From Anthoceros angustus (lineage: Eukaryota > Plantae > Anthocerotophyta), in the NCBI GenBank assembly GCA_010909165.1, contig MU008213.1, forward strand, positions 1 through 64,000: DNA of 64,000 nt, read 5' to 3'. The notes under the pieces were generated by a model. The model was not told where the DNA came from. It saw only the letters and a program-made list of their open reading frames with translations, and did no database searches. The translations under genes and the position numbers were made by a program. Positions within the stretch are counted from its first letter, which is position 1; each line of letters opens with the position of its first letter. Shown piece after piece: positions 11,393-22,928 of the stretch.

Positions 11393-12315
11393 GGCATAGT
11401 GCTCGTGGAACTCTTTGGAGGCATCGGCACGGCTTGGGCGGTGCTAAAGTGTGGCATCAAAGTGCGAAGATACGTGCATTGTGACCCGGATCCAAAAGCA
11501 AGGATTGTGTCACGAGCGTAAGAGACTTGATGGGGAGTACCTAACCTCCGTGGGAGTCGGTGAAGGGTTACCGGAAGGCGCGATGGATGTTCGCATGATA
11601 GGGTTGTCCCATTTGAGTTGTCTTGGGCAACCGGTGGACCTTGTCATCGCAGGTTGGGAGTGTCAAGGACTATCCTCTGCAGGCAAGGGTCAAGGTCTGA
11701 AGGATCCACGAACAGCATTGTTCTATGACCTGATGAGGATCTTGCGCTTGATCCAGAAAGGGCAAGAAAGGCCTTGTGGATACATGTTGGAGAATGTGCC
11801 AGCATGCATGAGCGTGAAGAAGCAAGTCCAGGAGGACTTTGCCACGATCCGAGGAGTGTTGGGTCAGGAGCTTCTATTGGATGCAGCTCAATTTGGTTCG
11901 AGGGCTCATAGGTTGAGGTCCATGTGGACTAACCTTGCTCCCTTGGAACATTTGAAGTGTGCGAGGTCGTTCACCAAGCGACCTAATCATGTTGTCAAGG
12001 ATGTGCTAGCATCGGAAGGCATGCCCAACAAGTCATCAAGGTGACAAGCCGCGCACTGTGAACACGCCTGGACACCCCATGGCGGCTTGGCCAACCTTTG
12101 TGTCCAAGTCCAAGTCTTACGCCTTCAGGAACCATGGCCCCGGCGTTGTGGTGGACAGACATGGCGAGGCCTTGGGAGAGCCAACAGCCACAGAGAGGGA
12201 GTTGGCCATGGGATTTGATGCCGGAGCCACGAAGACACCGGGAGTGACCGAGAAGGAACGGTGTCGATTGCTTGGGCAAGCATTTGACGTGAACATGATG
12301 ACCTGGTTGTTTAGC
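11393..12315 (+). CDS. DNMT3-like C5 cytosine methyltransferase domain within pol (frameshifted in this sequence)
   Basis: Motif I ELFGGIG (11408-11428); motif IV GWECQGLS (Cys codon 11661); motif VI ENV (11790); motif VIII DAAQFGSRAHRLRSMWTNL; motif IX ERELAMGF; motif X RCRLLGQAFDVNMMTWLF. All are in canonical order. Confidence 0.92.
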
Positions 12316-12479
12316 GCTGGAGTCGCTTACCAACTTCGAAACCAGAAGAAGGCGGGGTTGAAGCAGCGGGTTCGGTGGGTGAAGGACATTCCGGCACTCG
12401 CATCTCAACAGGAGAAGGCGAGTTTGGAGGGCAAGGAGAGCGAGCACGTGAGGCGTGCAAGCCATCGAGCCACATGAGT

Positions 12480-15100
12480 GGTTAACAGGGCGAGTTGAAG
12501 AGCAATCAAGCGCGTCTAAAGGAGTTGTTGGAGGCATCGCGACATGTGTTTGCTTTCACGCTTGCGGAGATGGGGAAGTACACCAAAGGGAAGTTCCACA
12601 TAGAACGACCACGGATGAACCAAGTGTTCCGCAGAGGCTGGCTCGCAAGGGTGAGTGGGATTTGGTTGAGAATCGATGCCAAGAGCTTCTCAAGCTAGGG
12701 CTGATTCGACGATCTAACTCGCGTGCAGCAGGCGCTTCGAAAAGAAGGATGAGAATGGATTGTGGACGGAGAGGAGAATGTGTGGTGACTATCGGCCGTT
12801 GAACGAGCGAATCCCACATGACCACTATCCCATGCCGACGGTGAAGAGATCTTCGACACCATTGGGTGCAAGTTCTTCTCAACATTGGACTTGAGGCTAG
12901 GGTTTCACCAAGTAGAGATCGCCAAGAAGACAAGAAGAAAACGCTCGGGCGTAGATTGCTTGTACGAGTGGAATTACATGCCATTTGGGTTGAAGACATC
13001 GCCAACGCAGTTCAAAGGTACATGGACAATGAGCTCAAGGACTTGCATTTCGCCAAGTGCTACATTGATGACGTCATCATCTTCAGCAATACCTTTGAGG
13101 AGCATCTACAACATCTTGAGCGTCTTTGCTAGGCTGCTTGTGGGTTGAAGGCCCATCCAGAAGTGTCGATTTGGAGAGGATAAGGTGTTGTACTTGGGTC
13201 ATTGGATCACGCGACGGATCTCGCCGCATGCCACCAAGGTGGAGGCAATCGCGCATTCCGTGCCAAACGACATCTCAAGTTGAGGGCATTCTTGGGTTTT
13301 GTTACTACGAAGTTCATTCCGCGGATGAGCGAGGATTGCGCCATTGAATGACTTGTTGAAGAAGTTGGTGACTTGGCGTTGGACTCAAGAGGAGGAGTCG
13401 CTTTCATGGAGTTGAAGGGTAGACTCATGAGCTCGCCAATTCTTGGTCATCCAAACTTGATGGCTGTTCGTACTTTACACGATTGGAGCAAGTACGGCAT
13501 AGGGGTCTTGGCAGATCAATGACAAGGAAGAGGAACATGTCATTGCCTATGCGGAGCAACAACCAGTGAGTCCAACTACTCGCCTATGAAGGAGAATGTC
13601 TTGCGGCATGTGGGCGTCGGACACTTTCGTCCGTACTTGTTTGGACATCAATTTCGACTAATCACCACCATCAACCCTTGCATTGGTTGATGACGAACGC
13701 CAAGCTTACGGAAAGGCGGCGGTGGGCTCTCATTCTCCGGGGAGTATGACTTTGTCATCGAACACCGAGCGGTAGAGTTCACTCTAATCTGATGGGTTGT
13801 CAAGGAATCCTCTACCTCGTGAAGACACTACAGGCCGCAAGATTCGGATGACGAGCAACCGGGAGAGTAGTCCAGATACCATGTTGGCCATGCGCATGAG
13901 GATCAAGACGCCTCCACTCATCGCTTTGTATGCGAGTCCGTCAGGACATGGGCGGATGCAATAGCGGTGACCTTCCTAAGGTCGGGAATTGCCACAAGGG
14001 CTTTCATCTCGAGCGGGCCAAGCTACGCGAGAAGGTGGCTCGGTACTATTGGAAGGAGGACATAATGTATGTCCGTGATTCTCGGAGATAGAATTGTACC
14101 CAAGCCGGAGGATCGGGTGAGACTCATCACCAGTGCATGAAGGCTTAGGGCATTTTGGTGCTAAGCGCACCTCTACAAAGGCCCACACACTTTTGGGCAA
14201 GGATGTATGGAGATGTGGAAAGGCTGGTCGCAGAATGTCGAGTGTGCGATCGAGTGAAGGCAAGGTTCACGACCAATGATGTTGTGCTTCACTCTCTGAT
14301 CCGAGGACTCTTCTGTGGAGTGTGGATCTCATGCCGGACATGCAGAGGCAGCGAAACAAGCATGTCATGCTAATGGTGGAGCATTTCAGCAAGTGGTGCG
14401 AGGTTGCCATCTTACCCAAGCGTGACTCTCGGCTTACCAAGAAGGCGTTCTTGGCTTGGTTCTTAGTCGATATGGAGCATGTGCGAGGTTCTCACCAGGC
14501 AAAGAATTCGTGGGGAATTTCAAGACTTGCTTGACAGAGCTTGATTGATCATCGACGTCGTCGAGATCATCCTCAAGCCGATGGACTTGCTGACGCTTGG
14601 TGCACCTTCAAGCGGCCTTGCGCAAATATTGTCTCACAAATGACCAAGACATGGGATGAAGGGATGCCATACCTAGTGCTAGGGGAGTGCAGGTGAGCAA
14701 TCAAGCGCCTTGAGCAATTTTTCACCATACTACTTGTTGTATGGGCGACAACCATTTTGCCAAACGTGAGGCAAGCAAGGCTACAAGCACCGTGGATTGG
14801 CGCAATGCGGATGATTGCCTACGAGACCGGAAAGGCGGGCGAGCTTTTCAACGGATCATGCCCATGGCAATGGAGAACCTTGCCATAGCGCAACACAGGA
14901 TCAATGCGCTATGCTTACACACGAGGAGGGACATGGAAACCCAAGGTGCGCAAGTTCGAAGTTGGAGATTATGTCTACACGCCGGGCAAGCCAGCAACAC
15001 CTTGGAGGTATCCACCAGAGTCATCTTGCGGGTCGTGCGAGTAGGCAAAGATGGAGTGCTTGAGCTCGAAGGATCCGATGGTCAAGATGGAAGGATCACC
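12480..15100 (+). pseudogene. Gypsy RT - RNase H - integrase (heavily frameshifted)
   Basis: DYRPLN, YMPFGLK, CYIDDVIIFS; RNase H DWSKYGIG/EGECLA-like; integrase HF...CRVCDRVK and VEHFSKWCEV. Confidence 0.88.
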
Positions 15101-15174
15101 TCAAGAACTGCGCACCATGCCACTTACCCAATTTGGACCCTCAACTACGGCCTACAATGTGGCGTCCACCCAAA

Positions 15175-15323
15175 GACTTGGAGTGTCGTTTGTGGACGTC
15201 GATGATGATGATGTAATGCTTCTTTGTGATCGGTGCAATAGGGGATACCACATGTTTTGTGTTCAACCACCTCTTGACGACATTCCCGAGGAAGATTGGT
15301 TTTGTGCACAATGCACTACATGA
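15175..15323 (+). CDS. PHD finger at the C-terminus of the Gypsy pol/integrase
   Basis: LLCDRCNRGYHMFCVQPPLDDIPEEDWFCAQC-stop; the first Cys pair lies across a frameshift at ~15185-15200. Confidence 0.92.
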
Positions 15324-15480
15324 GGTGCGTCGTGTGTAGTCTACTAATGATAATGTTGACTTGGAGTCTCACATTATCGGGGGATTGGTTTGCACCTATA
15401 TACTGCGTATTAGATTTGTTTGCTTGGTTGTTGGAAGTGCTTATATGAATTCAAGTGCTTACCTCGTGATGTCGTCTTAG

Positions 15481-16062
15481 TGTGATACTAATCTCGCACT
15501 TGGGTTTAGTGTTTGATTAGCATTAATTAATCTAATTACTTATCTTTAAGTAAGTAATTAGTGTTAATTAATCTAAAGTGCTTATGTTAATTAAGCGTTG
15601 ATTAGTGTTAATTAATCTAATGTGCTTATGTTAATTAAGCATTGATTAGTGTTAATTAAACATGGTTAGCAATAGCTAAGTGGATAAGCTCAAGTAATAT
15701 GCTTTGGCATATTCCTTGCATATTATAGTGTATTCTTAGGATACAATAGCTAAGTGGATAAGCTCAAGTAATATGCTTTGGCATATTCCTTGCATATTAT
15801 AGTGTATTCTTAGGATATTTCTGGCATATGCTGATGCCAATAGGATATCTTAGGAATATGCCGATGCTAGGGTCTAGTATATATAGACCCTTCCATTGAG
15901 GACAAGCTCAGATCATAGCTTGTCCTCTAGATATGCAATGCAAGAGCGTTGTGAGGAGGCCAAAGCTATGACTCCGAGAGCGATGTGTGAGGAATTTGCG
16001 TGTTGTTCTCGTGGGGAGAGTGTGTTTGTGCCAATGACGCGTAGCTACTCCCTCCGTTGTTA
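15481..16062 (+). repeat. Gypsy-DNMT 3' LTR, flanked on both sides by an ~85 bp direct repeat
   Basis: Colinear with 7467-8022; segment TTGGTTTGCACC...ACCTCGTGA at ~15386-15469 and ~16063-16153. Confidence 0.85.
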
Positions 16063-17688
16063 TTGGTTTGCACCTATATACTGCGTATTAGATTTGTTTG
16101 CTTGGTTGTTGGTCGAGGAAGTGCTTATATGAATTCAAGTGCTTACCTCGTGACACCCCGCATCGGCCCGCGACCTCGGGTGCCTCAATCCTCGGGATGC
16201 ACCTCGATCTCACGATCGGCGGCGCCATCCGACCTCGCGCCATCCAGCCTCGCGCCTTCCAGCCTCGCGCCATCCAGCCTCGCATCCGATCTGGCAGAAG
16301 ATCCATCACTCCAGCAAAAATTTCTGCTTGCTTTAGCCAGCCATCCTGTCATGATCCGCGATCAAGTCTTGCGGCGCTTCTTGCCAAGATCGGTGAGAAA
16401 AATCGCAAAAATTTGGCCAGGAATCCAGCCGTGCCGTCGCGCATAAAAAGGTGCTCGCCGAATCAAATTTTGAAATATTTGCTGGATTTATATGCTGGAA
16501 ATAGCTGAAAAATTGCTAATAAATTGGAGTTGCTTGATAAAATCTGCAGCTGACGCCGAGTGGAGGGTCCGCCCCACCGTGAGGGGTGAAACATGGGTGC
16601 TTGATAAAATCAAACAAGCACTTGGTGGCGGAAGGAGGATACTTGCGGAAGAAAGAAAGAAGGAAAACGTGCAGCCCGTGCACACCACTTGTGGTACCGG
16701 ATGAAGTTGTACCGACATTATCGGATCTTGGGAGGAACCGGATGACCCAAACTTCAAGATCGAATTTCTTGCAGTGCCAACCTATTGCAAAGAGTGAAGA
16801 CATACCGATGAAGAGGATGATATCCGGTGGTGCGACGCTCATGGAAAAATCCAAGGTCGTTGTGAGAGAAGTCAAAGTTACTGGTAAGTCAATAAATTGC
16901 AAAATAAATTGCATAAAAATTTTGAGTGCATAAAATGCTAATAAATGTGGATGTAGATAATCCGATAAAGCCAACATCACCAACTGAGGCCGAATATGAT
17001 GACTTCAAAATGAATGAAGATTCGGAAGAGTCAGAGGACTCTATAAAACCAGAAGAGACCCCTCAGCAGGCTATTTGTGAGGGTAGCCCAAGCTGGAGAT
17101 CACATCCTTGTGTAAATAACCGCATAGAGGATGTAATAGCAATAGAAGAGCCAAGGAGTGAGTAGGAAAGATGATACCAAAAACCGTAAACTAAACTAAC
17201 ATTTTCCTAATAATATCTCGCTATTTTGCGGTGTAGATAAGAGTGTGGGCACAAGCCATGTGAGATTTGCCCTACCTCTCGACCTACTCAAGAGAGAGCA
17301 AGTGCAAAAGGAAAATTCCTAGTTCCTACACCTGAAACTTATGCAAGGCAACCTACTTGGTTCTTCCGGAGGAAAGGATGACCATGAAGTTCCCATGGAG
17401 TATGTATGTGAAAAGAGAGGATTAAGATGATGTGGTTAAGTGCTTCCCATGTGAAAATATGAAGGACACACCAAACACTTGTACAGTAAGTAACCTAACG
17501 ACTTAAGTACTATCTTTTCATCATTTTCACTTTATAACCCATGGTGTGTATTGTAGGATCCTTCTGGGTATTAGAAAGAGAGGATAAGCAGTACAGTGAG
17601 GACTACATAGAGTTAGGAGAGGAAATTTCTATGCTAGACAAGATGTGTGGACTATAGAAAATACATTGACACATACTAGCTAGCTGAC

Positions 17689-20600
17689 TTAAACCTCTTG
17701 AATACCTAACATTTTCATGTGTCTTAAATGCAAATCTCTCCCTAATGACTTAGTTAACAAATCAGCTGGATTGTTTTGTGTTGGTATATAAGTGATATCT
17801 ATAGTGTTATCTTCCAACTTCTCTACGATATAGTGATACTCAACTATGTGTTTGGTTGGAATGGAAAATGTGGTTTCTAGCAAGTGCTATGGCTACGACT
17901 ATCACTAAAAGAGATGTTGGGTTTCTTGAGGGTGATTAAGTTCACTCAAAATTAGCCTAGACCATACTATATCCTTGGAAATAGATGTTAGTACTCTATA
18001 TTGATTCAAGACTAGACAAGGCAATGGTAGGTGTTTCTTACTCGACCATGATATTGGAGCTCCTCCAAGAAGTAAAACATAACGATACGGATTTTGAGTA
18101 TCGTGATCACCAGATAATCAAGATCGGCATATGCCGTAAGTGTTAATGTTTTGATTGCTGGTGTATGCTTAAATGTCACTTTGCATAGTCCCTTTAAGGT
18201 ATCGAAAAATACGCTTAATCGACATCCGGTTGATGTCGTGGTTCTCCAAAAGCGTGAGCGAGGCCGACTTCAAAAGAAATATCGTGTCTAGTAAAATTGC
18301 TTAAATATATGAGAGTGCCGACAAGATGTCGATATGGGACGGATGCCATCTCCATTTTCTCTTGAGCACTCTTAGGACTCATATCAAGTAAGCTGATGCC
18401 ACTAGCAAAAGGTGTGGGTGCAGCTTTGCATCTTCCATTCCAATTTTGCTAAACTCTCCTTTATATACTTGGTTTGAACTATGCTCACTTTTATTACTCC
18501 TATCGCGGATAATATTTACACCAAGTGCATAATTCATTTCTCCTGTGTCGGTCATTTCATATAATGTCCAAGCCATGCTTTATCTCATTAGGAGAATAAG
18601 AGAGTTTGTTGCCATAAGACGTCATCGACGTATAATAGAAGGTAAAATATATCATTTCCTTAAGGTAAATATATAAGCAAGCATCGCCTTTACTTTGCTT
18701 AAATCCCTTATTCGAGAGTTGTATATGGATGGTCAAGTTCCAATTTTGCCGGATTGCTTGAGTCCATATAGACCCTTGATCAATTTACATACTAAATGCT
18801 CCTTGCCTTTACTTCATAACCCTCGTGTTGCTTCATGTATATTTCTTCTTTCAAGCGCCCATACAAATATGATGTCTTCACATCCATCATATGAAGTTCA
18901 AGATCGTCTGGGCACATATAGCGAAGATCATGCGAAGAGTGGCAAACTTGGCTACAGGAGCATAAGTGGCCCAAGGTATATAGTCTAGTCCGAGGATTTG
19001 GGTAAAACCTCTAGCAACTAGGCGTGCTTTATACCTTTCCACGGATCCATCTCCTTTTCTCTTTATCTTAAATACCCATTTGCTGGTTACTATTTTTCTA
19101 CCCTTAGGAGGTTCAACTAATTCCCATGTAGAATTACTAATGAGGGAATTATACTCGAATCTGACTTCCTTCCATAGATGTTTGGAGGAGAAGAGAAGGC
19201 TTGTTTTAGGGTAAGAGGCTCTTCTAAGTCTCGTACGCATACACTTTTGATTATAAAGGGACTCGGAGAATTAGAATCGGGAAAAATAGCAAGGTATCCC
19301 AAAGGGGTTCTTTCCAACCAGCGGGGCGAGATGAGTGGACGTGATCTAAGGTTGTACCTTGGTGCGTGTGTCTTCCAGGAACTGGTTCATCTTCTTGTTC
19401 TAAGGGATCCATTTTCTTGATTATCCCAACCGATCATTATCATCTTGAACAGGAGGTATAGCATCTTGAAATGGCCTCAAGGGGATCGGATGAAGGTGGA
19501 AGAGGCTCCTCCTCCTCCGCAGCATGGGGTCAACGGAAGGAACACGAGGAGTAGGGACAAGGAAAGGAAGGGATTAGGATCATCAAATGTAGAAAATCAT
19601 TAGCATCATCGGCGAGTCAACGACTTCAACTCCCACTGTTGGAGAAAAGAGGTAAGACTCATGGAATGTAACACTCCGAGCATAAAGAAGTTGTCTTGTT
19701 GAAGGGTTATATAACTTATACCCTTTAATGCCTTCAGTATATCCTATGAAAAGATACTTGGCTGCCTTGGGATCCAACTTCTTACGTAATGCTTTAGGAA
19801 TGAAAACATATGCCGGTGATCCAAAAATACGAAGATGATCAATGGACGGTTTCTTGCCAATAAACGCTTCATAAGGCGTCATGCTGTGTACTGCTGATGT
19901 AGGTAAGCGATTGATAAGATAGGTTGCGGTAAGAAGGGCCTCATTAATAAACCTTAGGCAACTTGGCTGTGTTAATAAGCAACTGTTATCTCTTGTAAAC
20001 GCAGATTTTTATTTTCGCTATCCCATTTTGTTGAGGAGTATAGACAACGGTGAGTTGTTGAGCAATACCTTCGACAAAACTCCTCAAATCGATTAGATGT
20101 AAATTCACCTCCATTGTCGAGCGTAATGTTTTCGGTTTGCAACTGTAAGTCTCTCGCCCATTTCATATAATCTTTGAAAAATTGAAAAGCATCGGACTTG
20201 TGTTGCAAGACATAGGAGGAGACAAACGGAAAAATCATCTATAAAAGTCAAAAATACCTACTTCCACTAAAGGAAGATGTAGATAGAGGTCCACGGATGT
20301 CTGTATGCACTATCTCTAAAGGTTTCTTTGCCCTTTGTGGAGATTTGTTTTAAAAGGCTCTTGGTGACGCTTTGTGAGGACACAAGTTTCGCACTGTGAT
20401 AAATGCCCAACATTTGCAAGACATGGGTTTCGTAAAAGTTTCCTTAGACATCCGGGTGAGTTTTTGACTATTTGGGTGACCAAGGCGACAATGCCATAAC
20501 ATTGATGGAGGGGACTTTGGGAGAAGAACTGGTGACATAAGATTGTTGACCTCCTACTAGGATGACAATCTATAAAGGCCATCTTCTAAAGTACCACTAC

Positions 20601-21931
20601 AAATAATATGATTGCTATCACCTACATGAGAGAGAAAGCAACTATCGTAAAAGGGTCACCGCATGGAATGGGTTTGACAAATACTTGCAACGATAATAAA
20701 TTCTTGCACATTAATGGAACATGGAGTACTTGGTGGAGGTGAAGGACTTGTCCGAATCACATGTCAAGACAATGTACCTTCGATAGGCGTTGTGATCATC
20801 TCCCAAGAGGACGACTTGGTGCCACATGGTTGGTGAGTATGATTGAAAATAACTTTTGTTGTAACATATATGTGATGTTGCTCCACTGTCTAAATACCAT
20901 GAGGTATTAGCAGGCTTGGATGATGCCAAACATACAGTGAGCACTGTTGGAGTTGATGAAGTTTGCTTTTTAGATGCTACATTAACTCCATGTGAAGCCT
21001 CCTTGCGAGGTTCACCATTCTTCTTTTTGTGACAATCCTTTTCCATATGGTTAGGGATCCTACACCAATTGCATATAATGCCGCTCTTCTTCTTACCCTT
21101 TGAAGGTGTCGATGAAGAGCTTTCTCCAATGTTCGTACTTGGCGAAGAATATGGAGGGCGTTGGGAAGAGTAACCTCGGCCTCTGCCTCGTCCTCTTCCT
21201 CTACCCCTCTGCAAGTACATTACTTGTTGTTTATTAGGCTTGGAGTGAGAATGGCGCCTACTTGCCTCCTCCTCCGGAGAAGTGCTCCGATCGTAAACAC
21301 TTATGTCAAACCCTTTGTGCCATCATCTGCGGTTCTCCGTGAATTGCGAATAAGCTGCGTTTGAGTAGTGATGAATGGACGATAGGAGGGAGGCAATGAA
21401 GATAGAAGGGTGACATAAGCTTCCATCTCGGATATAGGTACACCGTCTGATTCAACTTGGGAACGTGCTTGTCTAAAAGCATTAATATGATGTTCGATAG
21501 TATCGGATTCTTTCATAAATAAAATTACGAAGTTACGAAGTCGCCACAATGCTCATTACATCTTGTGATGAATATAATTGAGTAAGGTGAGACCACATTT
21601 CATGAGATGTTTTGCGTGTGCAACATGCGACCATTTGTTGAGAGAGTCCACTTATTAATAAATCTTGTGCCTTCTCATCCCTGGCGTCCCAGGAAATCTG
21701 AAGTTCTCGTTCATCATCGGACCTCGGTCTCGTTATGGATCCATCAACAATACCCCATAATGCTCTTTGTCTCAATGCTCCTCGCATACGTAATGCCCAA
21801 ATATCATAATCTTTCCCGTTGAATCTATCTTTCTCTTTGAAACCATCACCAAAATGATAATGTGTGGGAGGATGGACATTATCATTACCCATAGGCGAGT
21901 TTTGGGTAGCTTCAAATTCTTCTTCAATCAC
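17689..21931 (-). pseudogene. Copia-B gag-pol (frameshifts and stops)
   Basis: KDRFNGKDYDIW; CNWCRIPNHMEKDC; WYLDSGATSHI; LWHCRLGH; LDNGGEF; KWVFKIK...[10 protein letters not shown]; IPTQNNPADLLTK. Integrase precedes RT (Copia order). Confidence 0.92.
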
Positions 21932-22663
21932 TCCGCCATAGCTAATCGTCCTTAAAGGACAAAGTCATGTAAGGCTTATGCTCAATTTTATTGCACATAT
22001 AGAATTCATCCATCGCTGTTTTCGTGGAGATGATGACATACTCTCTAATCCTTGATTAGTATTAAACTCGAAAGCAAAGAAAATTTTGATTTCAAATCAA
22101 ATAATTCAGTTTGAAGATTAGAGACCGAATTTTAAGAGATGAAAATTGATTATAAAAATCATGAAGAGATGGAGTTTGAATTCTATTTTTATTTGTCAAA
22201 ACAGAGTACGGAAGAACTTAATCCAATTATTAAATTTGGAATATGGTTAAGGGCCAATTCCAAAGCTTTAATATGAATAGGGCTGAAGTATTCAAGTAAA
22301 TGACATCTTGATAACTTGATAAGCTTCCCTTGATCCGGTTTTGGAAATAAAATTGATGCAATGAAATTTGCTATAGATGAAGAGATTTGTTCTATTTCAC
22401 TCTCAATAGCTTGTTGCCTAATGAGATTCTCTTTCCTTTTAACCTTCTGTTTTCTCCTTCTAATAGAATTGAAGTCCATGGAGAAATTATAGAAGATTGA
22501 AACATATAAGCATGTTAAAGGAAGAGATGAAGAATTGGTGAAATAGAGAATGTAGAACAATAGCACTCCATCTAGACGAATGCTAGATTTAAGAGTGCCT
22601 TGTAAATAATCTCCTCATATATAAGAAACATAAGCATGCAGAGAGCAACGATGCTCGATACCA

Positions 22664-22928
22664 TGATGAGAATCAGAGCTCTTAGATTAGAAGAAGAAGA
22701 AACAATGTAAGTAAGTAATTAATGAGTAAAGTACAAGCCTTTAAATAGGCTGGGTAGTTGGGTGGTTACAACCATAAATGGTTGCAACCATAAGTAGTTG
22801 CAACCGTAAGTTGTTGTAACCAATATAACTAATATAACTACTAACTACCTAAATAACCCTAGGTAAATAATAATGTTTAAGTTATGAGGCCCTAATGAAT
22901 AGTGCCCTAATCTAGACCTATTTCATCA
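22664..22928 (-). repeat. Copia-B 5' LTR with adjacent iMet PBS (22651-22663)
   Basis: Matches 6848-7111; rc TGGTATCGAGCAT directly follows the LTR. Confidence 0.92.

Larger units (their letters stand above)
7467..16155 (+). mobile_element. Ty3/Gypsy element 1 carrying a C5 DNA methyltransferase and a PHD finger
   Basis: LTR copies at 7467-8024 and 15481-16062; internal order gag(CCHC)-protease-DNMT-RT(YIDD 13061)-RNaseH-integrase-PHD, with many small frameshifts. No clear TSD found. Confidence 0.9.
6848..22928 (-). mobile_element. Ty1/Copia element B, inserted in the Copia-A leader
   Basis: TG..CA LTRs at 6848-7111 and 22664-22928; TSD ACAAG at 6843-6847 and 22929-22933; PBS (rc TGGTATCGAGCAT) 22651-22663; gag-pol on the minus strand. 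Confidence 0.93.

Noticed and set aside
11393-12315. Host DNMT gene or bacterial restriction-modification methylase
   Set aside because: Intronless, embedded between protease and RT, and at the same position in a second diverged element; no restriction partner and no host-type regulatory domains.
22189-22566. 125 aa ORF in the Copia-B leader
   Set aside because: AT-rich, no recognisable motif, no second copy to test conservation.
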